DNA of 64,000 nt, from NCBI GenBank assembly GCA_013239625.1, contig MU054187.1:14232974-14296973 (forward strand), in the 5' to 3' direction. The translations under genes and the position numbers were made by a program. This DNA comes from Lama guanicoe (taxonomy: Eukaryota). Below are positions 37,591 through 51,709 of the stretch, in pieces. Every line of letters starts with the position of its first letter. The stretch's first letter is position 1. The notes under the pieces were generated by a model. That model searched no databases. It was given only the letters and a program-made list of their open reading frames with translations, and was not told the origin of the DNA.

Positions 37591-39058
37591 GCCAGGGCAT
37601 TTTTAAGCGCGAGCAGCAGAATGGTCAGTGAGTTTATCTTAGAAATGTTGCATTTGGGGTGACGATCAATCCCCGGCAGACAGGTGGACGTCAGACCTGG
37701 CCCTCAGGAAAGAGGTGGGTGTGAGGGTTCTGGAACCATCTGCATAGAGGCTGTGAAGTGAAGGGAACTGGAAGAGTGGCGAAGCCCGGAATGAGAAGGT
37801 CCAGGGCTCAAAACCTGGGGAACGTGAGGAAGCAGTTCCATCGTAAAAGGTAACGTCGGAGAGGAGTTTCTCCTCCGGAGTTCAGAGCGGAGCAATAATC
37901 ACCTCTGCCCGGTCTCGTCTGCAGTCTGAGTCACAGGTGAGAAAACTCCAACTGGCCCAAGAAAAGAGCTGGTGTGGCCAGGCCTGGGGCAGTGTCCCCA
38001 GAGGGGAAGGGCAGTGTTAACAGATGGCGTGTGGAGCCTGCCTACGAGGCACTCTGAAGCCGTGGTTCAAACAAACCAAAGGGGCATTTCTTCCTACGGG
38101 AAGCCTGGAGAGTGTCGTTGTTTGTCCATCATGTCTGCTTGCCCTCAGAAGCATGACTGGCTTCAATGTGCCAGCCACGTTTCGTGAGAACCCTGGGGAA
38201 AACCGAAAGGCCCTCAAGGGTCTCCAAGTGGATACACATTAGTTCAAATGAACTCCTTTTTGACCTGCCCAAAGGATGGGGCAGACCCCGCTGCTCTCAG
38301 GCTGCCCACCCAGGCAGGCCCCCCTCTGCCCCTCAAGCACTAGACTCAGTGGCCAAGAAGTGCTCTGGGCAGGTCCCCAGCTCTCCCTGGAAGTGGCAAG
38401 ACTGCGCCTGACCACAGTCCCAGTGCTGTTCATTAGGTCAGACTCTTCTTGGGCAGTACCTACATTATAAGAGCTATTTCAAAGCACTTAACACATCTTC
38501 GTGACCACCTCCTTGGGCAAGCACTGAGACTGGGCAGCCATTTAGCCCAGAATACTCCTCACTAGGTCATGATTTCTCATTTAACTTGCTGCACTTCTGT
38601 AGAGCACCTCCAAGATATCTTCCAGGAGCTTCTAATAAGCTTTTCAAGTAAAGTGTTGAAATGTTTCTCACCACTAGCCAAAAGCAAGAGAATTGATTAG
38701 CAAGAAAAACAATGCCATCTTCAGCCCAGATTCTAAGTTTGAGGTTTTCCTGTCAAGGTGATTTAAACCACACTGCAGGGAGAGACGTGTGTTCATGGCA
38801 GCCATGAAAAATGCCCCCTTTGCCTTGCCCACACAGCCTGGGTGGTCCACCTAGACGCTACTCAGCAGGCCTCCCCTCCTCTGCAGGGGAGGTGCCTGGC
38901 TTGTCCATCCTGGCCCTCTGTCTGCACCTAAGCTGTCACCCCAGCTGGCCTGGCTCTGGATGGGGCATGAGTGGTCCAGGAGGCCAATGGGCACGTGGGG
39001 CTCCTGGCCCAACACAGGCACGCAGCATCCTGCAGTCTGAGCTCCCATTTGAGCTCAG

Positions 39059-39490
39059 TGTCATGGGTTGAAATGTGCCCCTCCAAAGATAATGTTGAAG
39101 TCCTAACCCCCAGTTCCAGTAAATGGGCCATATTTGGATACAGGACCTCTGCAGGTGTAAGCATGATGAGGTCATATTGCATGAAGGTGGGCCCTTAGTC
39201 CAATCACTGGAGCACTTTTAAGAAAGACGACAACACACAGGGAGACGACCACGTGACGACAGAGGCAATGATGGGAGGGAGGCAGTGACGCGCCAGGGAA
39301 GGTCGAGGATGGCCAGCGAGGACCAGAAGAAGTAAGGAGCAGATCCTCCCTCAGCCTCCAGGAAGGAATCGATCCTGTCAACACCTCGATTTCAGATTTC
39401 TAGTCTCTGGGACCGTGAGAGAATATATCTCTGCTGTTTCAGACACCCAGCTGGCGATACTCTGTTAAGGCAGCCCCAGGGGAAGGACAC
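39059..39490 (+). mobile_element. MaLR solo LTR (MLT1B/C-like)
   Basis: tgtcatgggttgaa..gttgaagtcctaacccc..gatgaggtcata..tgttaaggcagccc. Confidence 0.8.
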
Positions 39491-39809
39491 ACTCCAGGTC
39501 GGCTGACACGTGGCCTGAGCTCGAGTGCAGCTCTGCCCCCCACCAGCCGTATATCCTCGGCCTTTTTGCTAACCTCCATAAAGCTCAGGCTCTGCATGTG
39601 TAAACTGGGAATGATAGCAGCACCTGTCTCAGGATCATCGCGAGGCATGCACAGGAGGACACACCAAAGCACTCGGCACTGTGCCGACTACAGACAGTGG
39701 ATGTTGGAGAGGAGGCGTTAGGTTGAATTATATGAACCTGCCGTAACTCTGCTATTTTTGACCTACAAAAAAGGCAATTTCTTACGGTTTGGCCTCACAG
39801 TAACAATGG

Positions 39810-40612
39810 TTGTGTTCGTGGTCACAGTACGGAGACCAGAGACCACTGTTTGGTTTTTCCAATGACAGTTCTCCATCCTCTGACACCAGCTGGGTGCCTC
39901 ACAGCTCAGTTTCAATTCTGACACCACGCAGCTTTGCACAGAACCCACAGGTTAGGGGCGCAGCCCCACGAGACTGCCCCTGCTTCAGACGCCAGTTGCA
40001 AATGGGGGCCCTGGGCCACCCACACCTCTGTCCAGCTGACTACAAATTTGGGGGTTCCCACAGCACCCCCTCAGGTTTACTAGAACTTCTGAGAACTCGG
40101 TACACACTATACTTAAGATTGTAGTTTATTAGATAGGGCACAAATGAACAGCCAGAGGAACAGGTACATAGATCAGGGAGGGGCCAGGGGAGGGTGGCAC
40201 ACAGCTTCTGAGCCATCTCAGGACACGCCACCCGCCCAACACCTTAGTGGTTCGCCAACCCGAAGGCTCTCTAAATCTTATGGTTCAAGAATTATGGTGG
40301 TTTGATTACATAGGCATGATTGACTAAATCAGTGGCCATTGATAAATGAACTCAATCTCCTTCCTACCCTAGAGGTGGGAGGGGAGAGGTGGTAGTTGAA
40401 AATTCCAACCTTCTAAGCCAGGCCAGCCCCTCCTGGAAACTACCTAAGTGCCAGCTCCTTGTCACCTCATTAGCATAAACTCAGGTTTGGTTGAAAGGGA
40501 CTTGTTATGAATAACAAAAGACACGCCCTTCACTCCTGAAGTTCCAAGGGCTTTAGAAGCTATGTGCCGGGAACTAGGAGGCAAGGAACAAATATATTTT
40601 TTATTATACCAC
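39810..40612. mobile_element. LTR remnant (MER21-like)
   Basis: ttcaattctgacac, acaaatttgggggttccc, ctcattagcataaactcagg and tatttttt-attataccaca phrases. Confidence 0.6.
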
Positions 40613-40633
40613 AAATATCTACTGTGTTGCAAT

Positions 40634-41268
40634 TGATGCAGGGAAACGGACATGGGGTGTGAGGAGGGCCGAGTCCCAGGTCTCAGTTGAGACCCTGGGA
40701 CGTGCCCCGCCAAGTGTGGGTCCTTCGCTTCACGCAGCAAAGTATTCAAGTGCGAGCCACCGTTGAGTAAAGGTAGACTTATTTAGAGAGCTACATACTG
40801 CATAGAGTGTGAGGCAAGAGAAAGGTAAGGAAAGAAGTGTGGGAGTTGGGTGCTCGGGGTAAAGTAAAAGCAGGTACACACTCCATTGACAGAGTGCGGG
40901 CCATCTCCAAAGGGGAGAGAGCAAAAAGGGCCACTAGGCCTGGTGATGTCACTTTTTATGGTCTCAGTAGCTTCACACGCCTGCAGGTGGGATCAATCCA
41001 ACTGCCCTGGGGAAGGGGCTGGGATTCCCAGGAACTGGGCCACCACTCATTCTTTGGCCTTTTGAGGTTAGCCTTGGGGCTGTCATGGCGCCTGCAGGCA
41101 TGTTATTTGATCGTGCTGTTACAACGAGCATATAATGAAGCTCAAGGTCTGCTAGAAGTTAAACCTCTTAATCCTTAAGGCCCACTAGGAGGTGAATCTT
41201 CCACCATTTTGGTGTTAAATTGCTGTCATTCCTTGAGTAGCTGTGGCCTGCCCCCTCCCCCCGTCTCA
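40634..41268 (-). mobile_element. ERV1-class solo LTR, 635 bp, TG...CA with 4-bp TSD CAAT
   Basis: caat|tgatgcagg ... ccgtctca|caat; internal U5-like gggtccttcgcttcacgcag...ttcaag. Confidence 0.75.
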
Positions 41269-42849
41269 CAATTATTTGTGTATCGAGGACAAGAGTCCTG
41301 TTCATTCATCCCAACTGGCCTGGTCCTAGCACCTCAGAGAGAGTTAGCGCACAGCTAGACACTCAGTTCATGTTGACCTGAATGACCTCTGTGCTCTGCA
41401 CATATTACCTGGGGGCTGTCTCGTCTGTGAAACAAAAAGGGCACTTCCCAAATCTTCTGAACTTTTTTTCCTGCTCTGTTGCTTCAAAAAGAACCACAAG
41501 GACAAAGGAATTTTTTTATCTACGAGGCCTTCAGAGCTTTCGCTCTGACCATGGTCACCGGGTATGCAAGTTTTCCAAGACCAGAGAGGTTTGTAAGGTG
41601 CCTACAGATCCTCCTCCACAGATGCTGGTCCTCCCAGCCCCTGAGAATGTCTGGCCAGCCTTGGAAAAGTCAAGAGAGAAAAACAAAAGTTCGCTATGTT
41701 TTGAAAAGGAGAAGCATTGAGGCAGACACAGAGAAGTTGAATTGGACCCCTAAAGCACCATATTCTTCTGGCTTGAAGTGACACTAGAAAGCTTTGTCTT
41801 TTCAGGAAAAGAAGAGAAAAATAAAATAAAATAAATAGAATCTTCTCTTGTCCAGACACTGCCTTTCATTTTCTACTGCTTTGCTCTGAGTTCGGCAATA
41901 GCATTGTCAGATTTTCTGGGCTCTGCTGTGAGATGGATGCTAAAGGGTCTTTGCAATATCTCTGGAAGTGGACCTAAGATGCTTTTCTCATGACAGCCTC
42001 TGGAGCCCAATCCACTGCCCTCAGCATTCCTGCAGCGGAGGGAGTCCCTCCTGGACTGATGGCTGGGAAACGCAGAACCTGGCCAAGGAGTGAAGAAACG
42101 AATCCGGCTGTCACGGAAGGAACTTGATGGAGCAAAAGCTGCAGCCCCGGGGGAGATTCCCTAACCACAGTTCCTCCAGCTGCTCCGACTTCCTGCTCCA
42201 CCACCGCCTGGAGTCTGTCCCTGAGGACCTCCCCGCAGCCAGCTGAAAACCCAGGAACCATTTCTCCTTACCTGCTACACATGCAACAGAGCACATTCTG
42301 GAGAAGAGGGACTGGCCGGATTCCCCAGTCTGGGACAGAGTTTTTGGAAAATGAGTTTCATTCGCACCTCTAGGTTTTAACTTAGAGAGGCACAGAATAA
42401 AAAGTTTGTTCAATTTGGGTTCCTCTGGCCTATTCTCAATGAAGAAATGTCTGTTTGAAATGATTTCTCTTAGAAGGGAAGAAGTAGTAATTTACAGATA
42501 GGAGAAAAGAGAAATCAAGTAACTTCGAAAGTTGGGTAAATGTCAGTTAAAGAGGAAAGGATGAAGTTATGGTAGACTAGAGAAAATGCCTCGAACTGGA
42601 GGAAACTACTTTGCCCTTCCTGGCAGCGGAGACTTGTAGGCTGAAGTAAGATACCAGCCTTAGGAGTTTCTAGTGTGTTCTCGTTCATCAGACCCCAAAA
42701 TCAGATTCATCTGCAAACAATCCAGTTACAATTTTGGAGGCGGGAAGATGAGAAAGGAAAGGAGAAGAAAAAGTTTCTATATTTCCAACTTCAAGTGAGA
42801 TCTATTTAAAGAAAACCCTCCAGTCTTAGAAGAACAGCTATTTAAAAGA

Positions 42850-43507
42850 CTGGAACCCTTGCGCATTATTAGTAGGAAAGTAAAATGGTGCAGCCACAGC
42901 AGAAAAAGTACGGTGGCCCCTGAAAAAATTAAAAATAGAATTTTCATATAATCCAGCAATTCCACTTCTGGGTATCTATCCGAAAGAGGTAAAAGTAGGA
43001 TCTTGAAGAGATATTTGTAACCCATTTTCATAGTCACCATAGCCAAAGGGTGGAACAAACTCACATGTCCATTGACAGAGGAATGGTTAAACAAAACATG
43101 GTCTATACATACAGTGGAATATTATTCAGCCTTCAAAAGAAAGGAAATTTTGAGACATGCTACAACATGAATGAAGCTTGAGAACATAAAGCTAAGTGAA
43201 ATAAACTGGTCACAGAAGGAAAAATACTGTATGATTCCACTCATATGAGGTACCTAGAGTAGTCAAATTCACAGGGACAGAAAGTAGAATGGTTGTCGGC
43301 AGGGGGCTGCTTGTTGTGGGGGCTGGGAGGAGAGAAGGGAAATGGGGAGCTATTAATAAGTACAGAGCTTCAGTTTAGCAAGACAAAAAAGTTCAAGAGA
43401 TTGATTACACAACAATGTGAATATACGTAACACTACTGAACTGTAAGCCTAAAAATGGTCAAGATGGTTAAAATATGTTATGTGTATTTTACCACAATTT
43501 AAAAAGC
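42850..43507 (+). mobile_element. L1M (L1MB-like) 3' region
   Basis: atccagcaattccacttctgggtat, atggtctatacatacagtggaatattattcagcc and gtatgattccactcatatgagg. Confidence 0.85.
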
Positions 43508-43508
43508 A

Positions 43509-43680
43509 GGGGGGAGGGTATAGCTCAAGGGGTAGAGTACATGCTTAGCATGCACGGGGTCCGGGGTTCAATTCCCAGTACCTCCATGAAAACAAAACAA
43601 AACAAAACAAGACAAAATTTTTTCAATTCTGTTTTTAAAAAAAGAATAATTAAGAAAAAAAAAGAATAAAAAAAACCCAA
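43509..43680 (+). mobile_element. tRNA-derived SINE (Vic-1-like) inserted at the L1 tail
   Basis: ggggagggtatagctcaa..ggttcaattcccagtacctcc followed by an (AAAAC)n/A tail. Confidence 0.85.
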
Positions 43681-44781
43681 AACAGTTGAATGGCCTGGCT
43701 TTTGGGGCCACTATTGAGAAGGCAGCATTCCATAACTAGCCATGGCCAATGGGCTCCTTACCCGATGTCATCTTTGCCTGTGGCAGGAGATGAAGAAATC
43801 ATAGGACAAACACTGAGCTGATACCACGTGCTGTGCACTGAGGATGCAAAGGACGCACATCTTTAGGGGACCACAGTTCAGACATTCAGGTGGAATGATT
43901 TCTCTATGAGCACTCCAAAGACTGTTGCCACGTGTACTTTCTAGGTGACCAGCACTGCCAGCTCTGGCTTACCGTGGCTTCTCCAGCTCCCAGGCAGCAC
44001 CTCACTCATAATGTGGGGCAGGTCCACAGGAAATACAGCACCATTTCCCCACTAGTCTCATGAGATGCTACCAGAAAAGCGCTCCCCGGCCAGAGGCAGT
44101 TTCCAGGGCACCGTGAACAACCCCACGGTCCACAGGGGCAGTCGGTTTTGAGCAACCCCTGGAATTCGGCTGCTGTTTGCACCTCTGTGTGTCTGCTCCT
44201 GGCTGGACCAGGTGCCCTCCGGGAATCAGAATTAAATCTTGGTTTTCTTCTGAGTGCTTGATACCCAGTAGGCATGCAGGGCACATGAGCTGTTATTTTG
44301 CACACTTCTTTCCCCGCCAAAACAGCGGAAGAACTACCCAGTTGGGAACCAACTCTCTGCCTGGCCTGGGGTGGAAAGTAATGGAAGCCAGAATGACTTT
44401 TCCCAAGAGTCTTCGGGTCCCTCAGGTCAGTTGTAAATGATCTGAGAGGCAGGACCAGGAACCACAAGGCTGAGGCCTGGTGGGGATCTGACAGCCCGCA
44501 GAGGAACCGAGCAGAGACCCCAAGGGCAGGGGCGGGCCACCAGTTGTCCCAGGCTCTGCACAGGGGGCCAGGTGCTAACACAGGTGTCACCTGGTAGAAA
44601 AACGACACCTCTGGGCTCCCAGGTCTTCAGGCCACCTGTCCTCAGCCACACTCACACGCCTGTGTAAGAGCAGCCCCACCACGAATTCACACGGCAGCCC
44701 TGCTGCTGCAGTTCCTGAGGTCACTGATGAGGCTCCAGGCACTAAATTCTCAGATGAAATTTCCCAATCTCCCATTCACAT

Positions 44782-44815
44782 TGTTATTATATTATATTAT
44801 TATTATTGTTGTTAT
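44782..44815. repeat. (ATT)n-like microsatellite
   Basis: Imperfect trinucleotide run. Confidence 0.65.
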
Positions 44816-45269
44816 TCCGTAGCTTTACCCTGTCAATTTTCAATTGTATATTGTCTCATTCATGTATTTCTCTCCAACTCACATGCCTTCCCCCACCTAC
44901 ATTCCCAACATTCTCCTGGATTTACTTTCTTCCTGGGGACCTTTGAGCTCCGGCCAGGCCATTCCTACTGGTTTCCTACTTCCAACATCGTCTTTCAAGC
45001 TCAGCCCCCGTTTCCCTGGACCTGCCTCAGGTCTCATTCCCTTCACCGGGCCTCAAAATCGCCCCACCAGAAGTGCCGTCTCCTTCCCTGCACAGAACTC
45101 TCAGAAGGCCAGGTCCTGGCTGGGAGAACTCACTGTTCACATCTCTGCTGAAAGCAATTGGAAGACAGGGATCTTACCTTAATCACGTTTGTATGTCTCC
45201 TCTGGAATACCATGACCCCATGCCTAGCACACAATCTCTGATCAGAAAATTTTTATTGAAAGAATACAT

Positions 45270-46100
45270 GCAACAATAACAAGTCAAACAGCCCAATTAA
45301 AACATGGGCAAAGAACTCGAATAGACATTTCTCCAAGGAATATCTACAACTGGCCAGCAAGCTCACGAAAAGATGTTCAGTGTCAGCAGTTACTAGAGAA
45401 ACACCAATGAAAGCCATGATAAATAAGAGACCCCTTCGCATCCACTAGGATGGCTATCATAATAATTTTTTTAAAAAACAGAAAATAAATGTTGGTGACG
45501 ATGTGGGAAAACTGGTACAGTTGTACATTGTGGGTGGGAATGCAACATGGTGCAGCTGCCGTGGAAAACAGTTTGGTAGTTCCTCGAAAAATTAAACACA
45601 GAACTACCATGTGGCCCAGCAATACTGATCCTCAAAAAATTAGAAATAGGTATTCAAACGAAAACTTACCCAGGAAGGTTCATGGCAGCGCTATTCACAA
45701 TAGTCAAAAGGTAGAAACAATGTAAACTACCAGTAGTTGAAGGTACGACACGTGCCACGACAGGAATGAGCCTTGCAAACGTTACCCTAAGTGAAAGAAG
45801 CCAGGTGCAAAAGCTGACCTGTTACTGTACCATTCCGTTATATGGAATGTCCAGAATAGGCAACTCTGTAGCAGCAAAATGTAGATCCATCATTGTTCAC
45901 GACTGGGAACAGAGATGGGTGTTGGGGTGTGAGAGTTAAACTGTAGGGGCTTTTTCTCTGTGATGATAAAAATCTTCTAAAATTGACTGTGGTGATGGTG
46001 GCACAACCCTGTGAATATACTAAAAACCATTGAATTGTACACTTTGGGTGAATTGTGTGGTATGTAAATTCTATTTCAATACAGCTGTTTTTAAAAAGAA
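45270..46100 (+). mobile_element. Old L1M ORF2-end/3'UTR remnant
   Basis: atgggcaaagaac..aatagacatttctccaa, gtggaaaacagtttggtagttcctc and gaatatactaaaaaccattgaattgtacactt. Confidence 0.85.
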
Positions 46101-48139
46101 TAAATGAAGATATTTAATAAACTCTTAACATCTAAGTGTTTGCATTCGTGTCTTCAGATATTCATGCGATATACCAAAGATGACATGCCATCATTTAAAA
46201 TTTGCGGGGACCCAGTTTGAATTCCACAAGTCAGGAAGCTGTCATATTGGAGGGAGTCCTCGCGCCAAGTGGGGAGACCGAATGCCAGCCGGATTTCTTT
46301 ACACTCACAGGGCATTTGTTTTATACACTAAGATAGAAGAGAAGTGATAGACATTCCAATGCCACTTTGTTTTTTTGTGAAAAAAAAATGGCCCTGGTCG
46401 GTGGAGAGGGGAGTCATAAAATCAATAGATATAAAAAAGTGATGCTGTTTCACTAGTTGGAATTCCAGGAAAGTCTGTGTGTTTCCCCAGGAAATACTGA
46501 ACATCTAGTGTGTTTAGAATCCTGGCTTTTACAGAGGGAAGGAAGTCACCACAAATCTAGAGTCCAACTTGGAATTAATATCCAAACAAAACTCACTGGC
46601 TGGAGATAAAGATCTTTCTATACAGGTGCCAGGAGAGGTGTAGACAAAGTATTTGGGATCATGTGGTTTAAGGAGAATAAAGTGATCCTACTTATCTTTA
46701 CACCCACTATGGAAATAACTCCCAGGGCTGAGGTACTTGCAGGGGAAAGATGGAGGAGAGGCTGTGAAAGAGAATATAGATTCTGTGGCCCGTGGATAAA
46801 GAGCCACCCCACCTCTCCCACATGCGGAGCCATGGGGAAGTGGCAATAGCCAAGGGGATTCTCCCAGGGGCATTGCTGGGAAACCTGCTGCCTTAGTGTG
46901 GGCACAGAGGCGGTAAGTAGGTTCAGGGCCCCCATGCAGCTCCAGCATGACTTTTGTGGTCCCAAGTGTGGAGACAGACACAGCCACTAGGGAAGCACAG
47001 AATCCAAATGTGTGTCATTAAACAGCTCTAAGAGTTGTGGTCTGACTAGACAGGAAGAATACATGGGAGGGAGGGGATTCTGAACAGAATCAGGCAGTAA
47101 ATAAATAAGATGAAGCGACCTTGGTGCAGGGAGTTGCAGACTCAGACCAGATGGGAGACTTGGGTGATGTGCACCTTGAACCCCAGAGATTCCAACCCCC
47201 TTTACAAGGCATGGAGTTCCTTTCAGGACAGTTCAACTCATCATGTCAGTATCTCGAGGAAAACTGGGTCCTGTGTCCAGAGCAAAATCCCAGAGCTGTA
47301 TCGCCTTAGTCCGCTGAGATGGAAAATACAACTTGCTTGGTTCAACTTTACTGTTTCCTCCATGAGTAAGTGTCTTTCAACCTTGGAAGGGATTCAAATT
47401 AAGTATTTATACTTTTCTATTAGATTTTGCAACAATTTGTGTATATTGAGCCTTTCCCATGTTTATAATGTTTAAGAGGAGCTGGCATTAAAGAATCTAA
47501 TATATTAGCCTCATGATTCCAATTTAAAATGTGCAATTGAGTGATTGTTTAGATTTGTGATTTTACTAGGTTTGTAAACAATATTGGAATGTTTATGAGA
47601 ACTTGAGATGCACTGTATTTTTAAGTTTAATTTATTACACTTACTAGGATCGTTTTAGAATTGGGGAATGTTCTGATTGTTAGGTATTTGAAGTGTTTAT
47701 AAATAAAACCAAATACTTTACATTTATAAATCCAATTTAAAATATATAAGGGGATTTAATTAACAAAATGTAAAAAGCCCCTTTAAGAGTGATTGTTAAA
47801 ATTTACAAGATTTATAAATAAAATAAGGAGCGTTGTCAGTTGAACTTAAAAGCTTAAGGTAAATTAGGGGTTTTCTCAAAGTATTATTTAAATAAATTGA
47901 GTATAATTTTTAAAAAGTAACCACACATAGTGCCGCCTCTACACACAGAGCTCTCCTCCGGGACATTACACAAGTCACTGGCTATCGCACTTTACAGAAG
48001 TGGCAGAGGGGCTCCCAGGGCCCCTCCGGTGGGAGAACAGGGAGGGGGGCAGCAATGTGCTGACATGGGTGACCAGATGTTCCTCTCCCTAGTCCTGCTG
48101 CACAAGCATAGAAGCTCCATGGAATCTTTTCCCACCTTT

Positions 48140-49270
48140 TTATTATGAAAATTTTCAAATATACAAACAGTTGAAAAACATTCAGTACAACGAACACTCA
48201 TATACCCACCACCTAGATTTCAACCATTGTAAACTTTGTCATACTGCTTTTATTTACATCTATCTGTCTGTCTGTCTGTCTATCTATCTGTCATCTACCC
48301 ATCTATCTTTCAGAACCATTACAAAGCAATCTGCAGATATCATGACACTTCATCTCAAAATGCTTCAGTATAGATCTCCTAAAAGTAAGGATATTCTCTT
48401 ATAGAAAAAACCATAATACTGTATCACTCCTGACAATGTTAACAATGATTTCTTAATGTCATCTAAATTCCCAGTCTACATTCAAATGTTCTCAAATATG
48501 GGAAGGAGGGTATAGTTCAAGTGGTAGAGTGTATGCTTAGCATACACAAGGTCCTGAGTTCAATCCCCAGTACTTCCTTTAAAAATAAATAAGTAAACCT
48601 AATTACCTCCCCTGCCCCCCCAATTTTTTTAATTTAAAAAAAAAACAAAGCAAAAATGTTGTCAAATATATGTCCAAATGACTCTTTTTCCTTTTGTGTC
48701 TGATTAATTTATATTATGTTCTTGAGATACATGTATGTTGGGTGATGCAGTAGGATATTCTGTTTAATGTGTATATAAACAGAATGCTGGACTGTAACTG
48801 TATTATACTGCTGTATCATATTCCGTCATATTATATATATATGTATTTGTATGTCCATTCAGCTGGTTATATGCATTATTGTTGCTTCCAGTTTTTGCCT
48901 CTTCAAATGGTGCTTTCTTAAACTACATTCCCAACAAGAATCATGCATCACGTGTCTCTTCGTAGTACTTTAATCTGGAACAGCCTTTCGCCTTTATCAT
49001 AGCTTTCATGAAGCTAATGGGCTTCCAGGGTCAGTGGTCTTGAAAAACATCCCAAATTCTGAATTTGTCTATTTTCTTTTTTTATGACACTGTTTTAATC
49101 TGTTTCTCTATCTCTGGGTTTCCTGTAAACTGGAAGTTAGACCAAAAGGCTGGTTTGGGTTCAGTTTAAATATGTTTGGCAAGAATGCTTCATAGGTGAT
49201 ACTGTGTACTGAATATTATATCATATTTGGAGACTCATAAAATTAGGTTGTCCCACTATAATGTGGTTAA
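48140..49270 (-). mobile_element. Old L1ME-like remnant, interrupted by a SINE and a (TCTR)n repeat
   Basis: tttattatgaaaattttcaaatatac..aacactcatatacccaccacctagatt, ttcctgtaaactggaagttag. Confidence 0.65.
48500..48653 (+). mobile_element. tRNA-derived SINE (Vic-1-like) with 16-bp TSD
   Basis: TSD aaatgttctcaaatat (48484-48499) / aaatgttgtcaaatat (48654-48669), 1 mismatch. Confidence 0.85.
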
Positions 49271-49489
49271 GGAACACAGCAATCACAAAGTAAATATTGC
49301 CTGTTATAAACCCCATCTTACAGATGAGGAAACTGAAACCTCTACATTTGCAGCTCTCTTTAGGTAACCTAGCTTATGAGTGACAAAGCTGAGGGCTCAA
49401 ACTCGGGCCTTCTGATTCCAAATTCAATCTTCTTTCCCTTTATGATCCAAATTCCCAGCTTCTTAGAGTTAAAAGCCACCTTACAAGTC

Positions 49490-49960
49490 ATTCATTTACT
49501 TATTTGTTCATTCAGCAATTTTTTCTCCTTTAATGGTGATACTAGGGATGGCATCCAAGATCTCACGCATGCTAAGCGCACACTCTACCACTGAGCTGTA
49601 TCCGCACCCCTGCTCAACAACTAATTAACGGAAGCTTACTGTGAGTGTCTCAGGCACGCGTCCTCAGGGAGCTTACACTGTTGTGGAGTGAGATGGTCAG
49701 CAAACATAAGCAATAAATACAATTGTAAAAGATGTTACAGGATTTAGAGGAAAATAAAGGACCCTCAAGGGGCCGGGGAATGTCTCACTGAGACAGTGAA
49801 TTTTGAGCAGACTTGCAGGAGGTGAGAGGGTGGGCTGGGCAGAAATCTGGGGGGAGAGTGTTCTAAGCAAAGGAAACAGCCAGTGGCAAGGCCCTGAGGC
49901 AGAAGCACAGGCACAGCAGGTGTATGTGAAGAACACGGAGAAATAGTCTCTCTGGCTTCT
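49490..49960 (-). mobile_element. L2 LINE 3' remnant
   Basis: cattcatt..ttcattcagcaa terminus; ttctaagcaaaggaaacagc..caaggccctgaggcag. Confidence 0.65.
49519..49610 (-). mobile_element. Diverged tRNA-derived SINE inside an L2 remnant
   Basis: catgctaagcgcacactctaccactgagctgtatcc. Confidence 0.7.
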
Positions 49961-51709
49961 AACCCTGAGACTGTCCAACAGAGGTGTCCCACTACAGCTG
50001 TTCCTTGGACAGGTATGCAGATACATGGACGTATTCCTTTGCTTCTGTAATAGTCCATGTACGGCCCTCACTCAAGTACCCACAGAAGCATTTGTGTGTC
50101 CCCCTTGCCAACCTGCCGAAAAGGTCCCCCAAGGCCCAATCACAGTGTGATTCTCCCCTGCGATGATCAAAGAGAAAAAGAAGCGAACACCACGTGACAC
50201 AACGCATAGCAGGTGAGCACAGGTTTGGAGGCTGAGAGGTCAGATCTTTGGGGCCAATGGCGTGAACAGCTGTCATCCCTCCTCGTCCTCTGTCTGAGGC
50301 TTTCAGGCCCCCCTGAAGCCGCCCGCCGGGCGATGGCTCCGTGTACCCCATCTCAGCCCACAGCCTCTTACTGGTAGCTCTTGCAGACAGCAGGAGGAGA
50401 GCCGTGACTGACAGGTCCAACAATCCACTCATCTAAATCAATAAGTAGTTAGAGGTGAGGTCTAGTAGAGGAACTTGAATTTGAAGCTGTGGGAAACTTG
50501 GGTTTCCAGGCTTTGCAACCTCCACCCGTGTTACCAGACTGGAGGCGGGTGGACACAGCTGAGATCCCCGGGAAGAAGTTCCGGAACTCCCCAGAGAGTA
50601 GAGCAGGGAGCCCTGTGTGAGCCGTGGGCCTGCCCTGGGGCTGCCAGGAACCTTCTTGCCTTGGGTTTGGGTTCTCCAGGCTGGATCGATGGACAGGTAA
50701 CCATTGAATTAAGAGCACAGGCTGGACACTCTTGGGTGGGTCGTTGGAAAAGTCTGCTTAAGGAGCTCATGAAGCTGATCAAAGCTGGGGAAGCCCCGTG
50801 CTGATCACAGAATGCATTCCTTCATTCACTATGCAGATGCAGACACAGCTACAAGTTTATAGCCATGATCAGGGTGTAGCTGGATGGAAGGGTCATCCCA
50901 AAGTGGTTAACCTGTTCCACCATGAGCATGCGCGGCTCCTATGAAGTACCCCAGATGCTCCCTTTAGAACTGGTGACAGTGCCTTGGGCAGGACCCGCTG
51001 CCCTCATCCTCACACTTCCTCTCCCTGGCTGGAAAGTTTCCCACCATCTAAAACCATTTTTCCTCACTGGGGCTGAAAACAGGCTGCAAAGTGAATAAAC
51101 TGGAAGTTCAAAGCAACTTTCTTCTCATCCCCAAAGTAAGAGATTTCCTGCCTAAGATTTTTCAGACTTGACGTGAGGGCATGAAAGCAACAGAGGAGCT
51201 GAAGGAGATGCAGATGTGGCAGAGGGAGCCATTCTTAGGAAAGGTTGGGGGCAGATTTCCCCAGAAGGATTTTCTGGAGTGTCAGGGTTAGACTGACCAA
51301 GCCTCGTGCCAAGGGCCTGAGGTCCAGTGTGGGACAGGGCAGGATCTGGCGGCGTGGGGAGGCCCAAGTCGGAAGCAGAAACGGGTTTTCCTTTCTGCCT
51401 GCAGTGCTCAGGCAGCTGTGGTCAGGGGAACTAAGCTGGCCTTTCTCATTCTACTTCTTCCACTCTGTGTTCCTGGCCCTGCATCTGATGACCAGAGGTG
51501 CACATTTTTAAAAGAGGTTCATCAAAGTCTTACTTAGACTGAAGAGAAGCTATTAACTGAGACTGCACTCTTTTTGCTTTGAAGACAGAGACAAACAAGA
51601 TAAGAGAGTTCTTATGTCGTTCAAACAGAAGACGGTCTGTTAAGAACTCAGAGGAAAATGTTGAGCAGAGCAGAACAAACATGAGCTGAAGCTGAAACAC
51701 AGAATGCGA

